64,000 nt of DNA from Escherichia phage T4, in sequence record NC_000866.4, one strand, 5' to 3'. Position numbers and translations under genes: made by a program. Of this stretch, positions 49,081 to 63,366 are shown piece after piece. The notes beneath the pieces are model-generated. The model was not told the DNA's origin, did no database searches, and saw only the letters and a list, made by a program, of their open reading frames with translations. The first letter of the stretch is position 1, and each line of letters opens with the position of its first letter.

Positions 49081-51063
49081 ATGGCAAATACCCCTGTAAA
49101 TTATCAATTAACAAGAACAGCAAATGCTATTCCCGAGATATTCGTCGGGGGTACATTTGCTGAAATAAAACAAAACCTCATTGAATGGCTTAATGGCCAA
49201 AATGAATTTTTGGATTATGATTTTGAAGGCTCAAGATTAAACGTTCTGTGTGACCTTTTAGCTTATAATACATTATACATTCAGCAGTTTGGTAATGCTG
49301 CTGTGTATGAAAGCTTTATGCGTACTGCTAACTTACGAAGTTCAGTTGTTCAAGCTGCACAAGATAACGGATATTTACCTACTTCAAAATCCGCTGCGCA
49401 GACCGAAATTATGTTAACATGCACTGACGCATTGAATAGGAATTACATTACTATTCCTCGCGGAACTCGCTTTTTAGCATATGCAAAAGATACTTCTGTT
49501 AATCCATATAACTTCGTTTCTAGGGAAGACGTTATTGCTATTCGTGATAAAAATAACCAATATTTTCCGCGTTTAAAATTGGCCCAGGGACGTATAGTAA
49601 GAACTGAAATCATTTATGATAAATTAACACCTATTATCATTTATGATAAAAATATTGATAGAAACCAGGTTAAATTATACGTTGATGGAGCGGAATGGAT
49701 TAACTGGACGAGAAAGTCAATGGTTCATGCTGGTTCAACATCAACGATTTACTATATGCGTGAAACTATTGATGGAAACACTGAATTCTATTTTGGTGAA
49801 GGTGAAATTTCTGTTAATGCTTCTGAAGGAGCTTTGACCGCTAATTATATCGGAGGTCTTAAACCTACTCAGAACTCTACGATTGTTATTGAGTACATTA
49901 GTACTAATGGTGCTGACGCGAACGGAGCAGTCGGATTTTCATACGCAGATACATTAACAAATATAACTGTCATCAATATTAATGAAAATCCAAACGATGA
50001 TCCAGATTTTGTTGGGGCAGATGGAGGCGGTGATCCAGAAGATATTGAGCGTATTCGCGAATTGGGTACTATTAAACGCGAAACCCAACAACGATGCGTA
50101 ACTGCGACTGACTATGATACATTCGTTTCAGAGAGATTTGGTTCTATTATTCAAGCTGTTCAGACTTTCACTGATTCTACTAAACCTGGGTATGCATTTA
50201 TTGCTGCTAAACCTAAATCAGGATTGTATTTAACTACCGTACAGCGTGAAGATATTAAAAATTATCTCAAAGACTATAATTTAGCTCCTATTACGCCATC
50301 AATTATTTCTCCTAATTATCTTTTTATTAAGACTAATTTAAAAGTCACATATGCTTTAAATAAACTGCAAGAATCCGAACAGTGGCTTGAAGGTCAAATA
50401 ATTGATAAAATAGATCGCTATTATACCGAAGATGTAGAAATTTTTAACTCGTCTTTCGCTAAATCTAAGATGTTGACATATGTAGATGATGCAGATCATT
50501 CTGTCATTGGTTCATCAGCGACTATTCAAATGGTTCGTGAAGTACAAAACTTCTATAAAACGCCTGAAGCGGGTATTAAATACAATAATCAAATAAAAGA
50601 TCGTTCTATGGAATCTAATACGTTTTCATTTAATTCTGGACGAAAGGTTGTAAATCCTGATACTGGTTTAGAAGAAGATGTATTATATGACGTTCGTATA
50701 GTATCAACAGACCGAGATTCTAAAGGAATTGGTAAAGTTATTATTGGTCCATTTGCTTCTGGCGATGTTACAGAAAATGAAAACATTCAGCCGTATACAG
50801 GCAACGATTTTAACAAATTAGCAAATTCTGATGGACGCGACAAATACTATGTTATCGGTGAAATAAATTATCCAGCTGATGTGATTTATTGGAATATCGC
50901 TAAAATTAATTTAACATCTGAAAAATTTGAAGTTCAGACCATTGAATTATATTCTGACCCAACCGATGATGTTATCTTTACTCGCGATGGTTCACTGATT
51001 GTATTTGAAAATGACTTACGTCCACAATACTTAACTATCGATTTGGAGCCTATATCACAATGA
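49081..51063 (+). CDS. 6: gp6 baseplate wedge protein
   Basis: 660 aa; T4 size and order. Confidence 0.9.
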   Translation: MANTPVNYQLTRTANAIPEIFVGGTFAEIKQNLIEWLNGQNEFLDYDFEGSRLNVLCDLLAYNTLYIQQFGNAAVYESFMRTANLRSSVVQAAQDNGYLPTSKSAAQTEIMLTCTDALNRNYITIPRGTRFLAYAKDTSVNPYNFVSREDVIAIRDKNNQYFPRLKLAQGRIVRTEIIYDKLTPIIIYDKNIDRNQVKLYVDGAEWINWTRKSMVHAGSTSTIYYMRETIDGNTEFYFGEGEISVNASEGALTANYIGGLKPTQNSTIVIEYISTNGADANGAVGFSYADTLTNITVININENPNDDPDFVGADGGGDPEDIERIRELGTIKRETQQRCVTATDYDTFVSERFGSIIQAVQTFTDSTKPGYAFIAAKPKSGLYLTTVQREDIKNYLKDYNLAPITPSIISPNYLFIKTNLKVTYALNKLQESEQWLEGQIIDKIDRYYTEDVEIFNSSFAKSKMLTYVDDADHSVIGSSATIQMVREVQNFYKTPEAGIKYNNQIKDRSMESNTFSFNSGRKVVNPDTGLEEDVLYDVRIVSTDRDSKGIGKVIIGPFASGDVTENENIQPYTGNDFNKLANSDGRDKYYVIGEINYPADVIYWNIAKINLTSEKFEVQTIELYSDPTDDVIFTRDGSLIVFENDLRPQYLTIDLEPISQ

Positions 51064-54000
51064 CAGTAAAAGCACCTTCAGTCACTAGTCTCAGAATTTC
51101 CAAGTTATCCGCAAATCAGGTGCAAGTACGCTGGGATGACGTTGGTGCTAATTTCTACTATTTTGTAGAAATCGCTGAGACAAAAACAAACTCGGGGGAA
51201 AATCTCCCGAGTAATCAATATCGTTGGATTAATTTAGGATATACAGCAAATAATAGTTTCTTTTTTGATGATGCTGATCCATTAACAACATACATTATTA
51301 GAGTAGCCACAGCTGCGCAAGATTTTGAGCAGTCTGATTGGATTTATACCGAAGAGTTTGAAACTTTTGCTACAAATGCTTATACATTTCAAAACATGAT
51401 TGAAATGCAATTAGCCAATAAATTCATTCAGGAAAAATTTACTCTTAATAATTCTGATTATGTTAATTTTAATAATGATACTATAATGGCTGCATTGATG
51501 AATGAATCATTCCAATTCAGCCCATCGTATGTTGATGTTTCATCAATAAGTAATTTTATTATTGGTGAAAATGAGTATCATGAAATACAAGGTTCTATTC
51601 AGCAAGTATGTAAGGATATTAACCGAGTTTATTTGATGGAATCAGAAGGAATTCTATATCTTTTTGAGCGCTATCAACCTGTAGTTAAAGTATCCAATGA
51701 TAAAGGACAAACCTGGAAAGCTGTAAAGCTCTTCAATGACCGTGTAGGATATCCTTTATCTAAGACAGTATATTACCAATCTGCGAACACAACATACGTT
51801 CTAGGATACGACAAGATTTTCTATGGCCGCAAATCTACTGATGTTAGATGGTCAGCCGATGATGTCAGATTTAGTTCTCAGGATATAACATTTGCTAAAC
51901 TTGGCGACCAATTACATCTAGGATTTGATGTAGAAATTTTTGCCACTTACGCGACTTTACCAGCGAATGTATACCGCATTGCAGAAGCTATTACTTGCAC
52001 CGATGATTACATTTACGTTGTCGCCAGAGACAAAGTTAGATACATAAAAACGAGTAATGCACTTATAGATTTTGATCCATTATCTCCAACATATTCGGAA
52101 AGACTTTTTGAACCTGATACCATGACTATAACCGGAAATCCTAAAGCAGTATGCTATAAAATGGATTCTATCTGTGATAAAGTTTTTGCTCTTATTATTG
52201 GTGAAGTTGAAACATTAAATGCTAATCCTAGAACATCAAAAATAATTGATTCCGCTGATAAAGGAATATATGTTTTAAATCATGACGAAAAAACATGGAA
52301 AAGAGTTTTTGGTAATACCGAAGAAGAAAGAAGACGTATTCAACCCGGATATGCGAATATGTCAACTGACGGTAAATTAGTTTCTCTGTCTTCGAGTAAT
52401 TTTAAATTTTTAAGTGATAATGTTGTTAATGACCCTGAAACTGCAGCAAAATATCAGTTAATTGGCGCTGTTAAATATGAATTTCCTCGTGAATGGTTAG
52501 CTGATAAGCATTATCATATGATGGCATTTATAGCGGATGAAACATCTGATTGGGAGACTTTTACTCCTCAACCAATGAAATACTACGCAGAACCATTCTT
52601 TAACTGGTCTAAAAAATCTAACACACGTTGTTGGATAAACAACTCTGATAGAGCTGTGGTAGTTTATGCTGATTTAAAATACACTAAAGTTATAGAAAAT
52701 ATTCCGGAAACATCACCAGATAGATTAGTTCATGAATACTGGGATGATGGTGATTGCACTATAGTAATGCCAAATGTCAAATTCACTGGATTTAAAAAAT
52801 ACGCATCAGGAATGCTTTTCTATAAAGCCTCCGGTGAAATAATTTCTTACTATGATTTTAACTATCGTGTGAGAGATACAGTAGAAATTATTTGGAAGCC
52901 AACTGAAGTATTTTTAAAAGCATTTTTACAAAACCAAGAGCATGAGACTCCTTGGTCACCAGAAGAAGAGCGTGGATTAGCTGACCCTGATTTAAGACCA
53001 TTAATTGGCACAATGATGCCTGATTCTTATTTGTTACAGGATTCGAATTTTGAGGCATTTTGCGAAGCATATATTCAGTATCTTTCTGATGGATATGGAA
53101 CTCAATACAATAATTTACGAAATTTAATTCGTAACCAATATCCACGAGAAGAGCACGCATGGGAATATTTGTGGTCAGAGATATATAAAAGAAACATTTA
53201 TTTAAATGCTGATAAACGCGATGCTGTTGCGAGATTCTTTGAATCACGTAGCTATGATTTTTATTCTACTAAAGGAATTGAAGCATCATACAAGTTTCTT
53301 TTTAAAGTTCTTTATAATGAAGAAGTTGAAATTGAAATTGAATCTGGGGCTGGTACTGAATATGATATAATCGTTCAATCTGATTCTTTGACTGAAGATT
53401 TAGTAGGACAAACGATTTATACGGCAACAGGAAGATGTAATGTTACTTATATAGAAAGAAGCTATTCTAATGGTAAATTGCAATGGACCGTAACTATTCA
53501 TAATCTTTTGGGACGATTAATTGCTGGTCAAGAAGTTAAAGCAGAAAGACTCCCTAGTTTTGAAGGCGAAATTATTCGTGGGGTTAAAGGAAAGGATTTG
53601 CTTCAAAACAATATAGACTATATTAATAGAAGTAGATCATACTATGTAATGAAAATTAAATCCAATTTACCTTCTTCCCGCTGGAAATCTGACGTTATTC
53701 GTTTTGTTCATCCAGTAGGATTTGGATTTATAGCAATTACCCTTTTAACAATGTTTATTAATGTTGGTTTAACTCTTAAACATACAGAGACTATAATTAA
53801 TAAATACAAAAACTATAAATGGGATTCTGGATTGCCTACTGAATATGCCGACAGAATAGCTAAATTAACTCCAACCGGTGAAATTGAGCATGATTCAGTA
53901 ACAGGCGAAGCAATTTATGAGCCTGGCCCAATGGCTGGTGTAAAATATCCTCTTCCTGATGACTATAATGCTGAAAATAATAATTCAATATTTCAAGGTC

Positions 54001-54158
54001 AATTGCCGTCTGAACGACGTAAATTAATGAGTCCTTTATTTGATGCATCTGGAACAACATTTGCGCAATTTAGAGATTTAGTTAATAAACGTCTAAAAGA
54101 TAATATAGGAAATCCAAGAGACCCTGAAAATCCAACACAGGTTAAAATAGATGAATGA
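51060..54158 (+). CDS. 7: gp7 baseplate wedge protein
   Basis: 1032 aa; start overlaps gene 6 stop. Confidence 0.9.
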   Translation: MTVKAPSVTSLRISKLSANQVQVRWDDVGANFYYFVEIAETKTNSGENLPSNQYRWINLGYTANNSFFFDDADPLTTYIIRVATAAQDFEQSDWIYTEEFETFATNAYTFQNMIEMQLANKFIQEKFTLNNSDYVNFNNDTIMAALMNESFQFSPSYVDVSSISNFIIGENEYHEIQGSIQQVCKDINRVYLMESEGILYLFERYQPVVKVSNDKGQTWKAVKLFNDRVGYPLSKTVYYQSANTTYVLGYDKIFYGRKSTDVRWSADDVRFSSQDITFAKLGDQLHLGFDVEIFATYATLPANVYRIAEAITCTDDYIYVVARDKVRYIKTSNALIDFDPLSPTYSERLFEPDTMTITGNPKAVCYKMDSICDKVFALIIGEVETLNANPRTSKIIDSADKGIYVLNHDEKTWKRVFGNTEEERRRIQPGYANMSTDGKLVSLSSSNFKFLSDNVVNDPETAAKYQLIGAVKYEFPREWLADKHYHMMAFIADETSDWETFTPQPMKYYAEPFFNWSKKSNTRCWINNSDRAVVVYADLKYTKVIENIPETSPDRLVHEYWDDGDCTIVMPNVKFTGFKKYASGMLFYKASGEIISYYDFNYRVRDTVEIIWKPTEVFLKAFLQNQEHETPWSPEEERGLADPDLRPLIGTMMPDSYLLQDSNFEAFCEAYIQYLSDGYGTQYNNLRNLIRNQYPREEHAWEYLWSEIYKRNIYLNADKRDAVARFFESRSYDFYSTKGIEASYKFLFKVLYNEEVEIEIESGAGTEYDIIVQSDSLTEDLVGQTIYTATGRCNVTYIERSYSNGKLQWTVTIHNLLGRLIAGQEVKAERLPSFEGEIIRGVKGKDLLQNNIDYINRSRSYYVMKIKSNLPSSRWKSDVIRFVHPVGFGFIAITLLTMFINVGLTLKHTETIINKYKNYKWDSGLPTEYADRIAKLTPTGEIEHDSVTGEAIYEPGPMAGVKYPLPDDYNAENNNSIFQGQLPSERRKLMSPLFDASGTTFAQFRDLVNKRLKDNIGNPRDPENPTQVKIDE

Positions 54159-55155
54159 TTCAAGTGTTATCTATCGTGCGATAGTTACTTCAAAATTTAG
54201 AACAGAAAAAATGTTGAATTTTTATAATTCAATTGGAAGTGGTCCGGATAAAAACACTATCTTTATCACATTTGGAAGATCAGAACCGTGGTCATCAAAT
54301 GAAAATGAGGTGGGCTTTGCCCCACCTTATCCAACCGATTCTGTATTAGGCGTAACTGACATGTGGACGCATATGATGGGAACAGTAAAAGTTCTTCCAT
54401 CAATGCTTGATGCTGTTATTCCTCGCAGAGATTGGGGAGATACTAGATATCCGGATCCATACACATTTAGAATTAACGATATTGTAGTGTGTAACTCAGC
54501 TCCTTACAACGCTACTGAATCAGGCGCTGGTTGGTTAGTGTATCGTTGTTTAGATGTTCCTGATACCGGAATGTGTTCAATAGCATCTTTAACTGATAAA
54601 GATGAATGCCTTAAGTTAGGTGGAAAATGGACTCCTTCTGCTAGGTCAATGACTCCGCCTGAAGGTCGAGGAGATGCTGAAGGAACAATTGAACCCGGAG
54701 ACGGGTATGTGTGGGAATATCTATTTGAGATTCCGCCTGATGTATCTATAAATAGATGCACGAATGAATATATCGTGGTTCCTTGGCCTGAGGAATTAAA
54801 AGAAGACCCGACTAGATGGGGATATGAAGATAATCTCACTTGGCAACAAGATGATTTTGGATTAATTTACCGTGTTAAGGCAAATACTATCCGTTTTAAA
54901 GCATATTTAGATTCAGTTTATTTTCCTGAAGCTGCATTACCAGGAAATAAAGGATTTAGACAAATATCAATAATCACGAATCCTCTTGAAGCTAAAGCTC
55001 ATCCAAATGACCCAAACGTTAAAGCTGAAAAGGATTATTATGACCCAGAAGATTTAATGAGGCATTCGGGTGAAATGATTTATATGGAAAATAGGCCACC
55101 TATTATTATGGCAATGGATCAAACAGAAGAAATCAATATTCTGTTTACATTTTAA
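54151..55155 (+). CDS. 8: gp8 baseplate wedge protein
   Basis: 334 aa. Confidence 0.9.
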   Translation: MNDSSVIYRAIVTSKFRTEKMLNFYNSIGSGPDKNTIFITFGRSEPWSSNENEVGFAPPYPTDSVLGVTDMWTHMMGTVKVLPSMLDAVIPRRDWGDTRYPDPYTFRINDIVVCNSAPYNATESGAGWLVYRCLDVPDTGMCSIASLTDKDECLKLGGKWTPSARSMTPPEGRGDAEGTIEPGDGYVWEYLFEIPPDVSINRCTNEYIVVPWPEELKEDPTRWGYEDNLTWQQDDFGLIYRVKANTIRFKAYLDSVYFPEAALPGNKGFRQISIITNPLEAKAHPNDPNVKAEKDYYDPEDLMRHSGEMIYMENRPPIIMAMDQTEEINILFTF

Positions 55156-55160
55156 ATTAA

Positions 55161-55184
55161 GGGAGCCCATGGGCTCCCTTTTTC
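55161..55184 (+). terminator. rho-independent terminator after gene 8
   Basis: Hairpin gggagcccatgggctccc followed by TTTTT. Confidence 0.7.
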
Positions 55185-55186
55185 TT

Positions 55187-55194
55187 TATAAATA
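55187..55194 (+). promoter_or_regulatory. late promoter TATAAATA for gene 9
   Basis: Exact TATAAATA between gene 8 terminator and gene 9 start. Confidence 0.7.
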
Positions 55195-55218
55195 CTATAA
55201 ACTCATAAGGAAACCGCT

Positions 55219-56085
55219 ATGTTCATTCAAGAACCAAAGAAATTGATTGATACCGGCGAAATTGGTAACGCTTCTACTGGTGATATCTTATTCGACGGTG
55301 GTAATAAAATTAATAGTGATTTTAACGCAATTTATAATGCGTTTGGCGATCAGCGTAAAATGGCAGTAGCAAATGGCACTGGAGCAGATGGTCAAATTAT
55401 CCATGCTACTGGATATTATCAAAAACACTCTATTACAGAGTACGCAACTCCAGTGAAAGTTGGCACTAGACATGATATTGATACCTCTACTGTAGGTGTT
55501 AAAGTTATCATTGAAAGAGGCGAACTCGGCGATTGTGTTGAATTCATTAACTCTAATGGATCAATATCAGTTACTAATCCTTTGACAATTCAAGCTATTG
55601 ATTCAATTAAAGGTGTTTCAGGTAATTTAGTAGTAACTAGCCCATATAGTAAAGTTACTTTACGCTGTATTTCATCTGATAATTCTACGTCGGTTTGGAA
55701 TTATTCTATTGAAAGTATGTTTGGACAAAAGGAATCACCAGCTGAAGGTACATGGAATATTTCTACATCTGGATCAGTTGACATTCCATTATTTCATCGT
55801 ACTGAATACAATATGGCTAAATTGCTAGTTACGTGCCAATCGGTAGATGGAAGAAAAATTAAAACAGCAGAAATAAATATTCTTGTGGATACTGTTAATT
55901 CAGAGGTAATTTCTTCTGAATATGCTGTCATGCGAGTTGGGAATGAAACCGAAGAAGACGAAATCGCTAATATTGCATTTAGTATTAAAGAAAATTATGT
56001 AACGGCGACTATAAGTTCTTCAACTGTCGGTATGAGAGCAGCAGTTAAAGTTATCGCTACGCAGAAAATCGGGGTGGCTCAATAA
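55219..56085 (+). CDS. 9: gp9 baseplate protein (long tail fibre socket)
   Basis: 288 aa; own late promoter and upstream terminator. Confidence 0.9.
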   Translation: MFIQEPKKLIDTGEIGNASTGDILFDGGNKINSDFNAIYNAFGDQRKMAVANGTGADGQIIHATGYYQKHSITEYATPVKVGTRHDIDTSTVGVKVIIERGELGDCVEFINSNGSISVTNPLTIQAIDSIKGVSGNLVVTSPYSKVTLRCISSDNSTSVWNYSIESMFGQKESPAEGTWNISTSGSVDIPLFHRTEYNMAKLLVTCQSVDGRKIKTAEINILVDTVNSEVISSEYAVMRVGNETEEDEIANIAFSIKENYVTATISSSTVGMRAAVKVIATQKIGVAQ

Positions 56086-57893
56086 TGAAACAAAATATTA
56101 ATATCGGTAATGTTGTAGATGATGGTACCGGTGACTACCTGCGTAAAGGTGGTATAAAAATAAATGAAAACTTTGATGAGCTTTATTATGAACTCGGTGA
56201 TGGTGATGTTCCATATTCAGCCGGTGCCTGGAAAACTTATAATGCTTCATCAGGACAAACATTAACAGCAGAATGGGGAAAATCATACGCTATTAATACA
56301 TCTTCTGGAAGAGTGACTATAAATCTTCCAAAGGGTACAGTTAATGATTACAACAAGGTAATTAGAGCTAGAGACGTATTTGCTACATGGAACGTCAACC
56401 CAGTTACACTAGTAGCTGCTTCCGGCGATACGATTAAAGGGTCTGCAGTACCAGTTGAAATTAATGTTCGATTCAGCGATTTAGAACTAGTGTATTGTGC
56501 CCCAGGACGTTGGGAATATGTCAAAAATAAACAAATTGACAAAATTACCAGTTCAGACATTAGTAATGTAGCTCGCAAAGAATTTTTAGTTGAAGTTCAA
56601 GGACAAACAGACTTTTTAGATGTTTTCCGTGGAACTAGTTATAATGTAAATAACATCAGAGTAAAACATCGTGGTAACGAATTGTATTACGGCGATGTGT
56701 TTAGCGAAAACAGCGATTTTGGCTCTCCAGGCGAAAATGAAGGAGAACTGGTTCCTCTTGATGGATTTAACATTCGATTAAGACAGCCTTGTAATATTGG
56801 TGACACTGTTCAAATTGAAACATTTATGGATGGTGTATCACAGTGGAGAAGTTCATATACAAGACGTCAAATTAGATTGTTAGATTCAAAATTAACGTCA
56901 AAAACTTCTTTAGAAGGAAGCATTTACGTTACTGATTTATCAACAATGAAATCAATTCCATTTTCTGCTTTTGGATTAATTCCAGGAGAACCTATTAATC
57001 CTAACTCTCTTGAGGTTCGTTTTAACGGGATTTTACAGGAATTGGCTGGCACAGTTGGAATGCCATTATTTCATTGTGTTGGTGCCGATTCAGACGATGA
57101 AGTAGAATGCTCTGTTTTAGGTGGAACTTGGGAACAATCTCATACCGATTATTCAGTTGAAACTGATGAAAACGGCATACCAGAAATTTTACATTTCGAT
57201 AGCGTATTTGAGCATGGTGACATTATCAATATCACCTGGTTTAATAATGATTTGGGTACATTATTAACAAAAGATGAGATTATTGATGAAACTGATAATC
57301 TCTATGTATCGCAAGGACCTGGAGTAGATATTTCTGGTGATGTAAATTTAACAGACTTCGATAAAATTGGTTGGCCAAATGTAGAAGCAGTTCAATCTTA
57401 TCAACGCGCATTTAATGCTGTTTCAAATATCTTTGATACGATTTATCCTATTGGAACTATATATGAAAACGCTGTTAATCCAAATAACCCTGTTACATAT
57501 ATGGGATTCGGCTCATGGAAATTATTTGGGCAAGGAAAAGTTTTAGTTGGATGGAATGAAGATATTTCGGACCCTAACTTTGCTCTAAATAACAACGATT
57601 TAGATTCGGGTGGAAATCCTTCACATACCGCAGGTGGAACAGGTGGTTCTACTTCTGTTACATTGGAAAATGCTAATCTTCCTGCAACTGAAACAGATGA
57701 AGAAGTTCTAATAGTTGATGAAAATGGATCAGTCATTGTTGGTGGGTGTCAATACGATCCAGATGAATCCGGTCCAATTTACACTAAATACCGTGAAGCT
57801 AAAGCATCTACTAACTCTACTCACACTCCGCCAACATCAATAACTAACATTCAACCATATATTACAGTTTATCGTTGGATAAGGATTGCATAA
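56085..57893 (+). CDS. 10: gp10 baseplate wedge protein
   Basis: 602 aa. Confidence 0.9.
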
Positions 57894-58552
57894 TGAGTTT
57901 ACTTAATAATAAAGCGGGAGTTATTTCCCGCTTAGCCGATTTTCTTGGTTTTAGACCTAAAACTGGCGACATTGATGTAATGAATCGTCAATCAGTCGGG
58001 TCAGTGACAATATCTCAATTAGCGAAAGGATTTTATGAACCAAACATAGAATCAGCTATTAATGACGTTCATAATTTTTCTATAAAAGACGTTGGCACAA
58101 TTATTACTAATAAAACTGGTGTTTCTCCTGAGGGTGTTTCTCAAACTGATTATTGGGCATTTTCTGGAACTGTAACAGACGATTCTCTTCCTCCGGGTTC
58201 TCCTATTACGGTATTAGTATTTGGTCTTCCAGTTTCAGCAACAACTGGAATGACGGCAATTGAGTTTGTTGCAAAAGTTCGCGTTGCACTACAAGAAGCT
58301 ATTGCGTCATTTACTGCTATCAATTCATATAAAGACCATCCAACTGATGGTAGTAAATTAGAAGTTACTTATTTAGATAATCAAAAACATGTATTAAGCA
58401 CATATTCTACATATGGAATAACTATTTCCCAAGAAATTATATCTGAGTCTAAGCCTGGCTATGGTACATGGAATTTATTGGGCGCACAAACTGTAACTTT
58501 AGATAATCAGCAGACTCCTACAGTATTTTATCATTTTGAGAGAACAGCATGA
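57893..58552 (+). CDS. 11: gp11 baseplate wedge protein
   Basis: Start trimmed to [10 protein letters not shown] (219 aa), ATG overlapping gene 10 stop. Confidence 0.9.
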
Positions 58553-60132
58553 GTAATAATACATATCAACACGTTTCTAATGAATCTCGTTATGTAAAAT
58601 TTGATCCTACCGATACGAATTTTCCACCGGAGATTACTGATGTTCACGCTGCTATAGCAGCCATTTCTCCTGCTGGAGTAAATGGAGTTCCTGATGCATC
58701 GTCAACAACAAAGGGAATTCTATTTATTCCCACTGAACAGGAAGTTATAGATGGAACTAATAATACCAAAGCAGTTACACCAGCAACGTTGGCAACAAGA
58801 TTATCTTATCCAAATGCAACTGAAACTGTTTACGGATTAACAAGATATTCAACCAATGATGAAGCCATTGCCGGAGTTAATAATGAATCTTCTATAACTC
58901 CAGCTAAATTTACTGTCGCCCTTAATAATGCGTTTGAAACGCGAGTTTCAACTGAATCCTCAAATGGTGTTATTAAAATTTCATCTCTACCGCAAGCATT
59001 AGCTGGTGCAGATGATACTACTGCAATGACTCCATTAAAAACACAGCAGTTAGCTATTAAATTAATTGCGCAAATTGCTCCTTCTGAAACCACAGCTACC
59101 GAATCGGACCAAGGTGTTGTTCAATTAGCAACAGTAGCGCAGGTTCGTCAGGGAACTTTAAGAGAAGGCTATGCAATTTCTCCTTATACGTTTATGAATT
59201 CATCTTCTACTGAAGAATATAAAGGCGTAATTAAATTAGGAACACAATCAGAAGTTAACTCGAATAATGCTTCTGTTGCGGTTACTGGCGCAACTCTTAA
59301 TGGTCGTGGTTCTACGACGTCAATGAGAGGCGTAGTTAAATTAACTACAACCGCCGGTTCACAGAGTGGAGGCGATGCTTCATCAGCCTTAGCTTGGAAT
59401 GCTGACGTTATCCAGCAAAGAGGTGGTCAAATTATCTATGGAACACTCCGCATTGAAGACACATTTACAATAGCTAATGGTGGAGCAAATATTACGGGTA
59501 CCGTCAGAATGACTGGCGGTTATATTCAAGGTAACCGCATCGTAACACAAAATGAAATTGATAGAACTATTCCTGTCGGAGCTATTATGATGTGGGCCGC
59601 TGATAGTCTTCCTAGTGATGCTTGGCGCTTCTGCCATGGTGGAACTGTTTCAGCGTCAGATTGTCCATTATATGCTTCTAGAATTGGAACAAGATATGGC
59701 GGAAACCCATCAAATCCTGGATTGCCTGACATGCGTGGTCTTTTTGTTCGTGGTTCTGGTCGTGGTTCTCACTTAACAAATCCAAATGTTAATGGTAATG
59801 ACCAATTTGGTAAACCTAGATTAGGTGTAGGTTGTACCGGTGGATATGTTGGTGAAGTACAGATACAACAGATGTCTTATCATAAACATGCTGGTGGATT
59901 TGGTGAGCATGATGATCTGGGGGCATTCGGTAATACCCGTAGATCAAATTTTGTTGGTACACGTAAAGGACTTGACTGGGATAACCGTTCATACTTCACC
60001 AATGACGGATATGAAATTGACCCAGAATCACAACGAAATTCCAAATATACATTAAATCGTCCTGAATTAATTGGAAATGAAACACGTCCATGGAACATTT
60101 CTTTAAACTACATAATTAAGGTAAAAGAATGA
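58549..60132 (+). CDS. 12: gp12 short tail fibre
   Basis: 527 aa. Confidence 0.9.
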
Positions 60133-61592
60133 CAGATATTGTACTGAATGACTTACCATTCGTTGACGGCCCTCCTGCAGAGGGCCAGAGCCGCATTTCC
60201 TGGATTAAAAACGGCGAAGAAATATTAGGAGCTGACACACAGTATGGAAGTGAAGGCTCAATGAATAGACCTACGGTTTCTGTACTAAGAAATGTTGAAG
60301 TTCTTGATAAAAACATTGGAATACTTAAAACATCTTTAGAAACCGCAAATAGTGATATTAAAACAATTCAGGGCATCTTAGATGTATCTGGTGATATTGA
60401 AGCTTTGGCCCAAATAGGTATCAATAAAAAGGATATTTCTGACCTCAAAACGCTAACCAGTGAACACACAGAAATATTAAATGGAACTAATAATACGGTT
60501 GACAGTATTCTTGCCGATATTGGTCCATTTAACGCCGAGGCCAACTCTGTATACAGAACGATCAGAAATGATTTACTGTGGATAAAGCGTGAACTTGGAC
60601 AATACACTGGTCAAGATATTAATGGTCTTCCTGTTGTAGGAAATCCTAGTAGTGGAATGAAGCATCGCATTATTAATAATACTGATGTCATCACTTCGCA
60701 GGGAATACGTTTAAGCGAATTAGAAACAAAATTTATTGAATCTGATGTAGGTTCTTTGACCATTGAAGTTGGTAATCTTCGTGAAGAGCTTGGACCGAAA
60801 CCACCATCATTTTCACAGAACGTTTATAGTCGTTTAAATGAAATTGACACTAAACAGACAACAGTTGAGTCTGACATTAGTGCTATTAAGACCTCAATAG
60901 GATATCCAGGAAATAATTCGATTATCACGAGTGTTAATACAAACACTGATAATATTGCATCTATTAATTTAGAGCTAAATCAAAGTGGAGGTATTAAACA
61001 GCGTTTAACCGTTATTGAAACTTCCATTGGTTCAGATGATATTCCTTCGAGTATTAAAGGTCAAATCAAAGATAATACAACTTCAATCGAATCTCTAAAT
61101 GGAATCGTCGGTGAAAACACTTCATCTGGCTTAAGAGCGAATGTTTCATGGTTAAACCAAATTGTTGGAACTGATTCTAGCGGTGGACAACCTTCTCCTC
61201 CTGGGTCTCTTTTAAACCGAGTTTCTACAATTGAAACTTCTGTTTCAGGCTTGAATAACGCTGTTCAAAACCTACAAGTAGAGATTGGTAATAACAGCGC
61301 AGGAATTAAAGGGCAAGTTGTAGCGTTAAATACTTTAGTAAATGGAACTAATCCAAACGGTTCAACTGTTGAAGAGCGCGGATTAACCAATTCAATAAAA
61401 GCTAACGAAACTAACATTGCATCAGTTACACAAGAAGTGAATACAGCTAAAGGCAATATATCTTCTTTACAAGGTGATGTTCAAGCTCTCCAAGAAGCCG
61501 GTTATATTCCTGAAGCTCCAAGAGATGGGCAAGCTTACGTTCGTAAAGATGGCGAATGGGTATTCCTTTCTACCTTTTTATCACCAGCATAA
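60129..61592 (+). CDS. wac: fibritin (whisker antigen control)
   Basis: 487 aa coiled-coil with C-terminal foldon [27 protein letters not shown]. Confidence 0.92.
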
Positions 61593-61595
61593 CAT

Positions 61596-61611
61596 GGGGC
61601 CGCAAGGCCCC
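61596..61611 (+). terminator. stable hairpin between wac and 13 (weak terminator or RNA-stability element)
   Basis: ggggccgcaaggcccc hairpin; no clear U-run. Confidence 0.45.
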
Positions 61612-61623
61612 AAAGGATTTTAA

Positions 61624-63325
<1,702 letters not shown>

Positions 63326-63366
63326 TAAATATTATAAACTAATTAAAGCCCGGATTAGGAGAAGTC

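Noticed and set aside
52888-60607. Minus-strand ORFs of 60-120 aa inside late genes 7, 8, 9, 10, 12 and wac
   Set aside because: Embedded antisense in long, well-supported structural genes; no promoters or motifs.
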